Shown: in pieces, positions 18,357-29,965 of the stretch
How the letters are laid out: each line of letters starts with the position of its first letter
How positions within the stretch are numbered: position 1 is the stretch's first letter
Made by a program: the position numbers and the translations under genes
Assembly (NCBI GenBank): GCA_964016885.1
Contig: OZ024746.1
Location: 69,688,001-69,752,000 of the forward strand
DNA: 64,000 nucleotides
DNA from: Eledone cirrhosa
Taxonomy: Eukaryota
Reading direction: 5' to 3'
Notes under the pieces: model-generated
The model's input: only the letters and a program-made list of their open reading frames with translations
What the model was told of the DNA's origin: nothing
Database searches by the model: none

Positions 18357-18581
18357 AAAGAATAGAGGTGTAACACACGAGTTGTGATATATTAGTAAAA
18401 GGAAAAGAAAATGCTGACAAATTTTTCTCAGTGAAAAATAGTTTAATTAGGAATAAGTAAAAATTAGTAATAAGTATTGGTTAGTATTCAGTTTTAGTTT
18501 TAAGTTTTTACCGGTTGCGCATTTCTAATGCTTTTCAAAAATAATTTTGAGATAGAGCGCTCGTGATGTTTGCTCTAATCT
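17918..18581. repeat. Inverted repeat, ~225-bp arms (17918-18142 / 18356-18581)
   Basis: Arms are reverse complements with scattered substitutions. Confidence 0.93.
18220..18312 (-). ncRNA. Type I hammerhead ribozyme motif with extended stem II (possibly mutated stem III)
   Basis: AACATAT CTGATGA t..(TCGAT/ATCGA and TCAG..TCGA/TCGAGCTGA pairing)..t GAAA AATATG TA ATATGTT. Confidence 0.6.
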
Positions 18582-18590
18582 AGATTTTTA

Positions 18591-18642
<52 letters not shown>

Positions 18643-19137
18643 CTGTGATGAACATTTGCTGGAAATGTTCATATATACTCATATATATATATATATATCA
18701 AACCCTCTTCGGATTTTGGTCTTCGTAATTATTATTACTATATATATATTTATGTAGATAAATCTACCAAGAGTTTACGGTAGTGTCCAATCCGTATGAA
18801 GAACTCAATATAATCCGGATATCATGGAAAGAAGAGATGCATTCAAAAATCACTTTCGGTGAAAGATAAACGGAATACAGAGTCAAGATAAAATATTAAA
18901 AAAATAATGAATAAAACAATGAAACAGTTCCTTATATTAAACAAAAAAAGTTCATTATTTAACGATCGTTTCTAGGACATATATGTGTTAGAATTGGCAT
19001 GCATATTCAACAGATCTATGTACAAAATTATACAAAATTATACAAATTATCAAATATAATATACATACCAACACATACATATTCCGTCTTCATGTATGAT
19101 TCTGTAATAATGTTTCTATTTTTCTTTCTTTTTTCAG

Positions 19138-19286
19138 TTGCATTTGTCATCATCGGTGTTATCATTTTCTCTACGAAGAAACATCCCTTGTACGATATTG
19201 GTTGGTCAATGGGGCTGGCCATTGCGGGAGCAATCTTCTGTTTTATTGCCGGGGTGATGGTTGTCCTGGGCTATCTTGGCAAATAA
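19138..19286 (+). CDS. Claudin/PMP22/EMP-like protein, terminal coding exon (TM3 end, TM4)
   Basis: TTTTCAG acceptor, phase matches the previous exon (G|TT = Val); VAFVIIGVIIFSTKKHPLYDIGWSMGLAIAGAIFCFIAGVMVVLGYLGK* with the GWS motif before TM4. Upstream exons were not found in the window. Confidence 0.87.
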
Positions 19287-19457
19287 GCCCCGCCGTCCCA
19301 CGATCTCATTTGGAGGATGTTGCAAATAACTCACTGAAGCGCCGCCATTTCAATTCCAACTTCACATAAATATAGGAACGTTAACAATTAAAACTGTGAA
19401 CTAATAATTAATAATAATTAAAAAAAAAAAAAAAGTTTATATATATATATATATACT

Positions 19458-19530
<73 letters not shown>

Positions 19531-19565
19531 TTATATATATAATATATATATACACACATATATAC

Positions 19566-19596
<31 letters not shown>

Positions 19597-19614
19597 ATAT
19601 ATATATACACACAC

Positions 19615-19659
<45 letters not shown>

Positions 19660-19732
19660 ATATATATATACACACATATATACATATATATATATATTTA
19701 TATATATAATATATATATACACACATATATAC

Positions 19733-19765
<33 letters not shown>

Positions 19766-20321
19766 ATATATATATACACACATATACACATATATACATA
19801 TAATATATATATATACACACATATACACATATATACATATATATATATAGTTTCATTTTTATCGCTGCTAGTTTGCCCCACCCCGCTCCGTCTCTCTCTC
19901 TCTCTCTCTCTCTCACACTCACTTTCTTTCCTTGCTTCCTTTAATCTTCGCGCCAAATAAATATTTTATTTTGCGCTGAAAAGAACAGTAGATCGAGGAG
20001 GAGGAGGAGTAGAAGAAGAAGAGGAAGAAGAAAAAAAAAACGGCTCATTTATTCAGTGATTTTATTATTATTATCTTTTAAATAATTTCCTTTGTTTTTA
20101 CTTTTCACTTTATTTTTGGTTGACTTATCTTTTAATTTGTAACTTCATTTGTGTTTTTGTAAAAAAAAGCTATAATTCTTTCATATATATATACATATAT
20201 ATATAAATATATACATATATATATATAAATATATATATATATGTATATATATATAAATGGAATAGAATGAAACGAAATTTCATTTCTCATTCTTAGTACG
20301 GCACTTACTTAAATGTAAGTA

Positions 20322-20665
20322 TGTATGTATACGTACATACATATATGTATACAGACGTAGAGTAGTATGTATATATATACATACATGCACACATATATAT
20401 ATGCACGTATCGGTTTACCGAACATTACGATGCTGACGATAGCTAATAAGCTTGAAACTAGTACATCGTTCCTGTGTCAGTGTTGAACAAAAAGGTGACG
20501 TGGTTGCCTAAACACTGTACGGCGTAATTCGGGCTGTTTGTTTGTTTACAAATAAATGTTCGGTAAACCGATACGTGCATATATATATATGTGTGCATGT
20601 ATGTATATATATATACATACTACTGTACGTCTGTATACATATATGTATGTACGTATACATACTTA
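20322..20665. repeat. Inverted repeat, ~105-bp arms (20322-20426 / 20556-20665)
   Basis: ..GCACGTATCGGTTTACCGAACATT / AATGTTCGGTAAACCGATACGTGC.. Confidence 0.92.
20427..20469 (+). ncRNA. Minimal type I hammerhead ribozyme motif with palindromic loop III
   Basis: ACGATG CTGACGA tAGC-taataa-GCTt GAAA CTAG TA CATCGT. Confidence 0.78.
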
Positions 20666-20666
20666 C

Positions 20667-20744
<78 letters not shown>

Positions 20745-20996
20745 TTATATATACATATATATAAATATATCCATATATATATAAATATATCCATATATAT
20801 ATAAATATATACATATATATGTATATATATATATAAATATATACATATATACATATGTATATATTTATATATATACATATATATAAATATATACATATAT
20901 ATATATATAAAATATACATATATATATATAAATATATATAAATATATACATATATATATATAAATATATAAATATATACATATATATATGTATATA

Positions 20997-21035
<39 letters not shown>

Positions 21036-21083
21036 TTTATTGATTATGTTTTCTTTTTTTTTTTTTATTAATATTGGTTTCTA

Positions 21084-21175
21084 AATAAAAGCAGCGACCT
21101 CCATTGAACAGTTCACTGACATTTATAGTAAATATTTTGGCTTTGGTTTCTTTTCTTTTCCGTTTTCTTTGTTTA
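21084..21175 (+). promoter_or_regulatory. Candidate polyadenylation signal of the claudin-like gene
   Basis: AATAAA followed ~50 nt later by a T/GT-rich tract; alternative AATAAA at 19956 and 20551. Confidence 0.35.
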
Positions 21176-21189
21176 TTCATTTAATATTG

Positions 21190-21737
21190 TTGTTATTGGA
21201 TTTGAATTCAGAACGTAAAGGGCATAGAGTTATGGCCCTTTGTGTTCTGAGTTCAAATCCACCGAGGTTAACTTTGCCTTTCATCCTTACGGGGTCGATA
21301 AAATAAAGTACCAGTAATGCACTGGGTAATTGCTGGCCTTGTGCCGAAAGTAGAAACGTTTTATTATTTGCAGCATACTTACGGCTCTTTATAATCTGAG
21401 TTCAAATCTCGCCGAGGTTAACTTTGCCTTTCATCCTTACGCGGTTGAGAAAATAAAGCACCAGTAATGCACTGGGTAATCATCGCTGGCTTTGTGCCAA
21501 AAGTAGAAACGTTGTTATTATTATTATTAATGGCGGAAGGGCGGTGGATTGGCAGTATCGGTAGAGGGTCGGACACCATGCTTTGCAGCATAGAGTTACG
21601 GCCAAGGTTAACTTTGTCTTTCATCCTTACGGGGTCGATGAAATAAAGTACCAGTAACGCACTGGAGTCGATTTAATCGACTTTCCCCTCCTCAAAAATT
21701 GCTGGCCTTGTGCCTATATAAGAAACCATTATTATTA
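21190..21737 (+). mobile_element. Cluster of three to four partial or complete tRNA-SINE copies
   Basis: Repeated SINE core, each copy ending in GAAAC..(ATT)n. Confidence 0.88.
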
Positions 21738-22597
21738 CTGGTGTTGCAAGTGCAATCCTATCTTAATTGATGTATGGAATTATTGAAGTGCTAGGAGTAT
21801 TTGAAATGAGAGAGTAGAAATCACAAAATGATTGAAATAACAGTCGCTCGCCTTAGTGGTGGGAAAATGTAGACTGGCCTATATTGCTTCAATGGACAGA
21901 ATTGTGAATGTAACTCCACAACATGATATTATTTTCGTTCTACCGTTTGAGAGCTTGCGTGCACGAATGTGAGTGAGACTTCCGCCGGTTCCGATAACGG
22001 TTGTTCCAGCCTGCTCATGAAATTAACGTGGCAATGGCTGCGCATGTCACAGACACGCGCAGCCTTAACGTAATTCCCAGGGAGATTCAGTGTAACAGTG
22101 TATGACAAAACTGATCCTTTGAATAACTAACACAAATCATTTTGCCACATGTAGTAACGTGAAATATAGTATCTTGCTCAAGGACACAAAACATCGCTAG
22201 AAATGGAATTGACATACAATCGAGAGATGAACACCCTAACCACTCCTGGTTATGGCCTGTGGGGTGGGTGTAATGTCCAGGGTGGTCCGAAAGTCTTGTC
22301 AGCCCCTACCAAAAAGTAATGAGAAACAGTTTATGTTCCCATCGCAGTATCGTCCTCTTCGGAGGAGCTGGTTTGCCGAATCTTGCAGTGAAGTCATGTC
22401 GCACATACTCCATGCTCATGCCAGAAAGCACACGATCGTGTGTCCATACACTTGCAAGCAGCCTCTCTTCCAAACTGTTGGAGCTCTGAAATAGAAAATT
22501 ATATTATTATTATTATCATATGTCCTGCACTGTCCTTAATGTCTACTTTATGTAAACCCTTGTGGTTAATAAAGAAATCATTATCATATATTATAAT

Positions 22598-23982
22598 TAA
22601 TTGTTTCTACTTTTGCCACAAGGCCAACAATTACCCAGTGCATTACTGGTACTTTATTTTATCGACCCCGTAAGGATGAAAGGCAAAGTTAACCTCCGCG
22701 GGATTTGAACTCAGAATGGCAAGGGCCGTAACTCTATGCGTCAAAGCATGGCGTCCGACCCTCTACCGATACTGCCAATCCACCGCCCTTGATAATTATA
22801 TATTATAATTAATGATATTATATATTATATTATTAAAACAAAAAATAATTGTTTCTACTTTTGGCACAAGGCCAGCAATTATCCCAGTACATTACTGGTA
22901 CTTTATTTTATCGACCCCGTAAGGATGAAAGGCAAAGTTAACCTCGGCGGGATTGGAACTCAGATCGTAAAGGGACATAACTATGCTGGAAAGCATGTCC
23001 GACCCTCTACCGATACTGCCAATTCACCAAAATAATGAAAGTTAAAACAATATGTGATAAGGAGTGACAAGACTTTCGGACCACCCTGTACTAGGTACGA
23101 CACCATTACTTTCCACATTTGCCCAGGAAGTGGAATTTGAATTCAGAACGCTAAAAGCCGAAAGAGATACCATTAAGCATTTCGTCCACCGCCCCAACAA
23201 TTCCTTCAGTCTAAGGCTGCCATATTTTATTTATGTATTCGCATCGAAAGTAACATGATATATTTTGTATAAACTCGATACCATGGTTTGAACCTGGGAA
23301 TAAGAAATGAAAATAAGACACTCATAGTAAAAAGTAACAACTGTTTCTACATTTGGCACAAGGCCAGCAATTTGAAGCGAAGAGGTAAGTTGATTAAATC
23401 GACCTCAGTGTGTAACTGGTGCCTTATTGTATCAACCCCGTAAGGACGAAAGGTAAATCTAACCTTCGTGGGTTTTAAAATATTGAAAAGCACACTTTTC
23501 TCGTGCGGAATGTTTGTGCTCTTGCACATAGAAGGTGGTGGGTGTTTTACCTCCATATTTCTTTTTGAAAATGTTTAGGGCATTTTTTAAAAAGAAAAAT
23601 ACAATATTATGGGGGTCGCCTTCCTTGAGGGTCAAGTCAGGCACCCTATAAACAATTTGTGACAAAAGAAAAAAAAATTGGCAAAAAAGCTTTTGTGAAC
23701 AAATGAAAAACTTACGCAAGCCGATAAGAACACGTGCGTATAAACCAATGACAATAATAATAATGGTTTCTTATATAGGCACAAGGCCAGCAATTATGGG
23801 GGAGGGGGGGGTCGATTAAATCGACCCCAGTACGTGACTGGTACTTTATTTTATCGACCCCGTAAGGATGAAAGACAAAGTTAACCTCGGCGGGATTTGA
23901 ACTCAGACTGTAAAAGACCGCAACTCTATGCTGCAAAGCATGGCGTCCGATCCTCTACCGATACTGCCAATCCACCGCCCTA
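22598..23982 (-). mobile_element. Cluster of - strand tRNA-SINE copies (22598-22790, 22845-23030, 23340-23500, 23762-23982)
   Basis: Reverse complement of the same SINE. Confidence 0.88.
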
Positions 23983-24319
23983 ATAATAATGATAATAATA
24001 AAACTTTTTTATTATCCACAGGGGCTTATATATAGGAGACTACACAAAAACACAGGGACTGTGGAGGGTTACCAAAAAAATCGTGTAAAAAAAATAAATA
24101 AAACAATAACAATAAACAATTAAAATACAAACAACAGAATTCCGCAATTGGGGAGGCAACTACTCAGAGGCGACTCAGGTACCCCACCAATCCTGAACCA
24201 CCCGACGTTTTTTCTATGTTAGTTCTCACTGTTGTATTTTGACTTTTTATGAACCAATCTACTTTTCCATCTTCTATATATCCATATCTGTTTGTCCATC
24301 TCTCCTTCTGACAATCTAC

Positions 24320-24395
<76 letters not shown>

Positions 24396-24513
24396 GTTAT
24401 ATATATATATATATATATAAAACGGAGGAAATGTGGTAAGGAACCAGGTGGACCATAACGCACCAAAGTACTCAATACTTAGGGTAGTAGAGTGGGTAAT
24501 AGGAACAAGTAGG

Positions 24514-24609
24514 ACCCCGACGGCTGAGCTCAAGCCGTTTCGACGGCTAATTCTGGACTAAATGAAAATTTTTTTCCTGGTATTTGAATAGCCGAGCTTC
24601 TCAAGGGGT
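24514..24609 (-). ncRNA. Type I hammerhead ribozyme motif, U3-A8 variant (left arm of inverted repeat)
   Basis: Reverse-complement copy of 25297-25392. Confidence 0.7.
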
Positions 24610-25296
24610 AATTCCATATATGGTAAATGTGATTGTCACAAGGATTGGTCAAAAGTTTGTTGTTGAGACATAATAATTCTATCATGGCAATTAGTGGAGG
24701 GAAGGGGTAGCTGAACCTGCCAGTAGGAGAAAGAGGGAGAGGGGGTGGAGGAGACCCAGTCATGTGTTGATAGTGCCGACTACAGCTGGGCATGGGGTCA
24801 AGGAAGATACTAGGGAGCGGAGGGGGAGGAAGTCGAAACAATAAGTAAAACAAATGGGGTAAATATATAGAAAAATACCGAGTGTTAAAAAGCAGTTAAA
24901 TGTAAAAAAAAAAGAAAAAAAAAAAGAAACAATATCTGGTTACTACGACTTAAGGACAACTATCAAGTCTCTCACTGGTCCTGCTAGGCTAAAGAAAGGT
25001 TTACTAGGTGGGACGGAATTATAAAGAGACCCTTTTAAGAGGTATAAGTAATAAACCTTACTTATTGTTTCGACTTCCTCCCCCTCCCCTCCCTAGTATC
25101 TTCCTTGACCCCATGCCCACCTGTAGTCGGCACTATCAACGCATGACTGGGTCTCCTCCACCCCCTCTCCCTCTTTCTCCTACTGGCAGGTTCAGCTACC
25201 CCTTCCCTCCACTAATTGCCATGATAGAATTATTATGTCTCAACAACAAACTTTTGACCAATCCTTGTGACAATCACATTTACCATATATGGAATT

Positions 25297-25392
25297 ACCC
25301 CTTGAGAAGCTCGGCTATTCAAATACCAGGATAAAAATTTTCATTTAGTCCAGAATTAGCCGTCGAAACGGCTTGAGCTCAGCCGTCGGGGT
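25297..25392 (+). ncRNA. Type I hammerhead ribozyme motif, U3-A8 variant (right arm of inverted repeat)
   Basis: ACCCC TTGAGAA G..CGGCTA..TAGCCG.C GAAA CGGCT-tgagctc-AGCCG TC GGGGT. Confidence 0.72.
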
Positions 25393-25402
25393 CCTACTCG
25401 TT

Positions 25403-25450
<48 letters not shown>

Positions 25451-25967
25451 TGTGTGTGTGTCTCCCTTCTATCTTGGGATATATATATTATTGAGTAACA
25501 AAGATAGAGGAGATTGAGGAGGGGCAGAAACGAAAAAAAAAATTATTTGAGTAAAAGCAGGTCTGTTCATTTTGTCATCTCTTGGAGTTAAAGAGAAATG
25601 GCAAGAGAGTTAAAGAAAAGTGTTTGTGTGTCGTGGGATATAGGTATATGCAAAAAGCAATGAAAGATCCACTAATCCGAAGGACTGTGCAGATGGAAGT
25701 TCACATGAAGTCAAGGTAAATCCAACTGCATAGTGAAGATTTGATATATCTATGTATGTGAAAAGTAAACAGAACATACAATGAAGTTCAATGATGATAT
25801 ATATTAGTTTCACGCTTGATATAGTAGTAAAAATCTTAGCGTTTCAGACGCTTGTCCTTCATCAAAAAATAGAATGAGAAATTAAGGAAGAAATATATAG
25901 AGCAGAGTGAGTAGGGGCAGTAACGAAAAAAAATTCTTCGAGAATAAGCAGGTCTGTTCATTCCGCC

Positions 25968-26048
<81 letters not shown>

Positions 26049-26373
26049 CACCTATGTAACAAGACAAATGTGCTATCTGTAAGATAGCGAGTTAAAACCA
26101 GGATATATCATGGTCCCTTTGTGGGGGCAGCTGTTATTACATTTAATTGTGTTCGTGGATAACTCTGGATTGAAGTAGATAATTTTATGTTAAGTTTAGG
26201 TGGCCTTAATTGCACATACATACACATCTCTCGATATATATCCTTTATTATGGCTAAGTGGTGAGTCTTGTTTCTCTGGAGTTTCACCTGTGCACTAACA
26301 AGATCCTGTGAGTGCACATATAAAATTCCAGAGTAACAAAACTCACCACTTAATCATATTAAATAATATTTAA

Positions 26374-26577
26374 CCCTTTAATATTCAAACCGGCCAAAAC
26401 CGGCCAGAATTCTCTACCTTTTTCTGTTGAAACTGGCTGTAACTGGTTGCTCAAACTGATGTTAACGTATATTTCAAAATCTCATAAATTCGATATTATG
26501 TGAGATAATTATGCGAGGTAAAGCCTTTACCATGAAAATATAATAGTATATATAGAGTAAATGTGAATGCTAAAGGG
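26374..26577 (+). mobile_element. piggyBac-type MITE
   Basis: TTAA|CCCTTTA..GTGAATGCTAAAGGG|TTAA, termini shared with the larger piggyBac derivatives. Confidence 0.88.
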
Positions 26578-26630
26578 TTAAACTCTACTTCAGTATTGAG
26601 TACTCTTTCTCAAATGCATGAATATCACAA

Positions 26631-26664
<34 letters not shown>

Positions 26665-26994
26665 TATCGTATGGTCCCGTAACTCCTGATAAAGTCGTTG
26701 GGGCACCATATTGACATACAGCCACACTTGGGTATTTTAATCCTGGCAGAGTCCATCCCTCTCCAGGCCTGAGTACAGCAGATTTCTTCCAGAGAAAGAT
26801 AGAAAGTGAGAGAGAGGAAATGAGAAAGAGATATAGAGAAAGAATCGACCCCAGTACTAGATTGGGGTCAATTTTTTTTATCGACCTCAAAAGGATGAAA
26901 GGCAAAGTTGACCTTGGCGGGATTTGAACTCCGAGAGCAGAGAGCGTGCACGAATACCATTAGGTTAGAATTTACTTTATTTACTCATTATATA

Positions 26995-27181
26995 ATTGTT
27001 TCTACTTTTGGCACAAGGCCAGCAATTACCCAGTACATTACTGGTACTTTATTTTATCGACCCCGTAAGGATGAAAGGCAAAGTCAACCTCGGCGGGGTT
27101 TGAACTCAGACCGTAAAGGGACGTAACTATTCTGCAAAGCATGGCGTCCGACCCTCTACCGATACTGCCAATCCACCGCCC
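26995..27181 (-). mobile_element. Full-length tRNA-SINE with TSD
   Basis: TSD TATTTACTCATTATATAAT on both sides. Confidence 0.9.
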
Positions 27182-27201
27182 TATTTACTCATTATATAAT
27201 G

Positions 27202-27260
27202 GCTGTTATTTATATTTCGATGATAACTGTTATGCAACAGCTATGACCTCATCAGACAGC
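27202..27260 (-). ncRNA. Type I hammerhead ribozyme motif, canonical core
   Basis: GCTGT CTGATGA GGTcATAGCTGTT-gcat-AACAGTTATcATC GAAA TataaA TA ACAGC. Confidence 0.8.
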
Positions 27261-27289
27261 TAATAGTTGAACAGAAAAAAAAAGAACAT

Positions 27290-28750
27290 GAAGAAATAAA
27301 AACTACTCCTGCTGTTTCAATTCATTGATATGATCCAGGCTGATCATTGGTGCTGCTTTCTTAAACTATCGGTGACACATTAATTAGAATAAATAGCCTC
27401 ATGGTATCCGCACAAAGGAGTACAGATGTTATGGACATAATATAAACAATCTCCTGTATTTGGATGACTTAAACTGATGACTAAAACCACCATGGGGTAC
27501 AGATGACTAAAATACAACACATTGAAATAAAAGAGAAAATTAGAACAAAAAATACTACAGAAGATTTATTATATTAAAAACTAAACTCGCTGTTAGAAAT
27601 AAAAGAACAATATAAATATGCTGGCCATACCAGTCATAAACTACAGCTTCAATATAATAAATTTGAAGCTAGATAAGTTGTAAACTTTAGACAGAAAAAC
27701 CAGGAAACTACTGACAACATATTGAAGCAGATATAGACAGAATATACCTACCCTACGTACATGAAGGATGGAATCTGACACAAATAGAATATACCTCCTC
27801 CATATACAAGGAGAATGTGGCCTGACACAAATAAAAACAGTTGGATTGGAAAAGCACTTGAAAATAAATAGAAGACTGATGTAATAAAGAAACAGGAAGA
27901 AACAAAATCTTTCCTCTATATAAAAAAAAAAACAATAACACAACAAAATGGTTGAAATAATAACTTTAGACAACAACACGACAAAATGGTTAAAGAAACA
28001 AAAATCAACATGAAAACAGAATTACAAAACAATCTAAAGGAAACATTGAGATAAAAACTACTCCATGGCCAACAGAAATGTGAGTCAACAATAGCTCAGA
28101 ACCTCTGGCCTCAAAGCAGAAATAAAAGGACTGATTCTTCCAATATCTGACTGCAAATAACTTTAAGAACAAAATAATCAAAACGGATCCTAAGAAAAGA
28201 TGCAGGATGAGTACAATGAGACAGTTGATTACATCAGCTTCTGCTGCCCAGTTTGAATATATAGACATGGACATAATCAAGATGGCAACCATATTCATTG
28301 GGCAGTATGACAACACTTTGATGTGAAAACAGAAAAGAAGTGATATAAATATGTACAAAACACAGCACATAACAACAACCTAACTGGGGATATGCCTCTT
28401 CAAACTGATAAAAACATCAAAAGAAAACTGTCCCCATATAATAATCAAGAACTGGTGTGTGTGTGATGGAGGTACATGCATATTGATAAATATTGAAATC
28501 TCTTCTGACTAAAATACTATCTGAAAAGAAGTGGAAAAAGTTGTCAGAATACAAGAATCTTGACATTAAAATATATAAGATGTGGGACGTGAAGGTTAAA
28601 ACAATGCCAGTAATAATCAGACCACTGAGTATCAGAAAAATATGAACAAAAATATAGAAACCATAACATTAAACAGACGTCACAACATTACAAAGTATCC
28701 AAAAAGAAATTGTTCTGCTAAGGACAGCCCAATTCCTGGACAAGACATTC
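27290..28750 (+). mobile_element. Degraded non-LTR retrotransposon with restriction-like endonuclease (R4/Dong-like)
   Basis: Broken-frame motifs: YLDDLKL-like (27457), CRM..ETVDYI, HNQ.A.YSLG, WDMPLQTDKNIK..PHIIIK, EK..RIQ.L..KIYKMW. Confidence 0.65.
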
Positions 28751-29142
28751 ATCATCATCACCGTTTTACGTCCGTTCTTCCACACTAACATGGGTTAGAC
28801 GGATTGTCCTGTTGTGGCCAGTGTCCGGTCGGCTGACCTTGTCTTGCTCATACGGGAACTGATTTTGGCTGGATTTCTACAGCTGGATGCCCTTCCTAAC
28901 ACCAACCTCATTTACAGTGAGAACTGGGTGCTTTTTTTCCATGGCACCTACACGTCCACTTTACAGTGTGGGCTGGGTGCTTTTTTGCCGTGGCACCTCC
29001 ACGACCACTTTGCAGTGGGAGGGTGTGGAGGCATATTGTCTATATGCTTCAGCTTCAGCGTGTACCCGTGGGGGGTCGGGTCTTCTGTATTACTGCGTGA
29101 CGCCAGAGGTCACGGTCGTGTGTCATTGCCTTTGGAGAGGTG
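28750..29142 (-). mobile_element. RTE LINE 3' UTR fragment (same subfamily as 59790-60992)
   Basis: Near-identical to 59790-60125, with (GAT)n tail. Confidence 0.88.
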
Positions 29143-29549
29143 TATAGATTCAATATCACAGCTCAAATAGAACAAACTCCACACAAAACACACACTATGC
29201 AATAAATACAAATAAAATAAAACAACACAGCTAACACAACATATACACTTCAAAATTAATACCCAATAAAATAACTCACATTACACATACCATACACTAC
29301 AGAAAAAACCCTCCACTAAAATTACACAAAAACAAGCCAAACCACATAACAAAACGTGACTGCTGCAGTACACTAATATGGGAGTCTATACTCCTCCAAT
29401 CTCTACAAAAATAAGAAAACATAACATTGCATACACTTCAGGAACACAGAAGTGCAACAGAAACTTGCCTGAAACTAACAAAGAAATAATAATTATTTCT
29501 ACTTTTGACACAAGTCCAGCAATTTGAAGGGAAGGGGAAAGTCAATCAA

Positions 29550-29965
29550 CCCTTTAGCATTTAAACCGACCATGTCTGGCCAGAATTCTCTCACCTCCTT
29601 CTGTTCAAACCGGCTATAACCAGGTGCTCACATTCATGTTAACCCTTTAATGTTCAAACTGACCAAAATTCTCTACCTTTTTCTGTTGAAACTGGCTGTA
29701 ACTCACCACTCAAACTGATGTTAAGGTATTGTTCTCAAAATAAATACTTTCAAAATCTCATAGATTCGATATTATGTGAGATAATTATGCGAGGTAAAGC
29801 CTTTACCATGTATATAATAGTATAGAGTAATGTGAATGCTAAAGGGTTAAGGTATTGTTCTCAAAATAAATAATATCAATATCACGTAGATTCAATATTA
29901 TGTGAGGTAAAGTGTTTACCATGAAAATACAATAGTAAATATAGAGTAATGTAAATACTAAAGGG
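29550..29965 (+). mobile_element. piggyBac-type MITE containing a nested copy of the same family (29643-29846)
   Basis: The inner copy has TTAA TSDs and CCCTTT/AAAGGG ends; the outer copy interrupts a - strand SINE (29491-30120). Confidence 0.82.

Larger units (their letters stand above)
19437..21032. repeat. Several (TA)n/(CA)n arrays downstream of the claudin-like stop codon
   Basis: 19437-19849, 20183-20255, 20665-21032. Confidence 0.95.
24500..25406. repeat. Inverted repeat, ~350-bp near-identical arms (24500-24848 / 25058-25406)
   Basis: The ORF track shows near-identical peptides on opposite strands; arms differ at only a few sites. Confidence 0.96.

Noticed and set aside
18955-19010. 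GAAACGATCGT palindrome resembling hammerhead stem III
   Set aside because: No recognisable CUGANGA core upstream.
24530-25334. Two near-identical proline-rich ORFs on opposite strands
   Set aside because: By-product of the inverted repeat; no start context or recognisable domain.
25833-25870. Hammerhead-like TTGATGA-AGGAC-aagc-GTCT-GAAA-CGC-TA on - strand
   Set aside because: Stem I barely pairs and position 3 is mutated; counted only as a decayed remnant.
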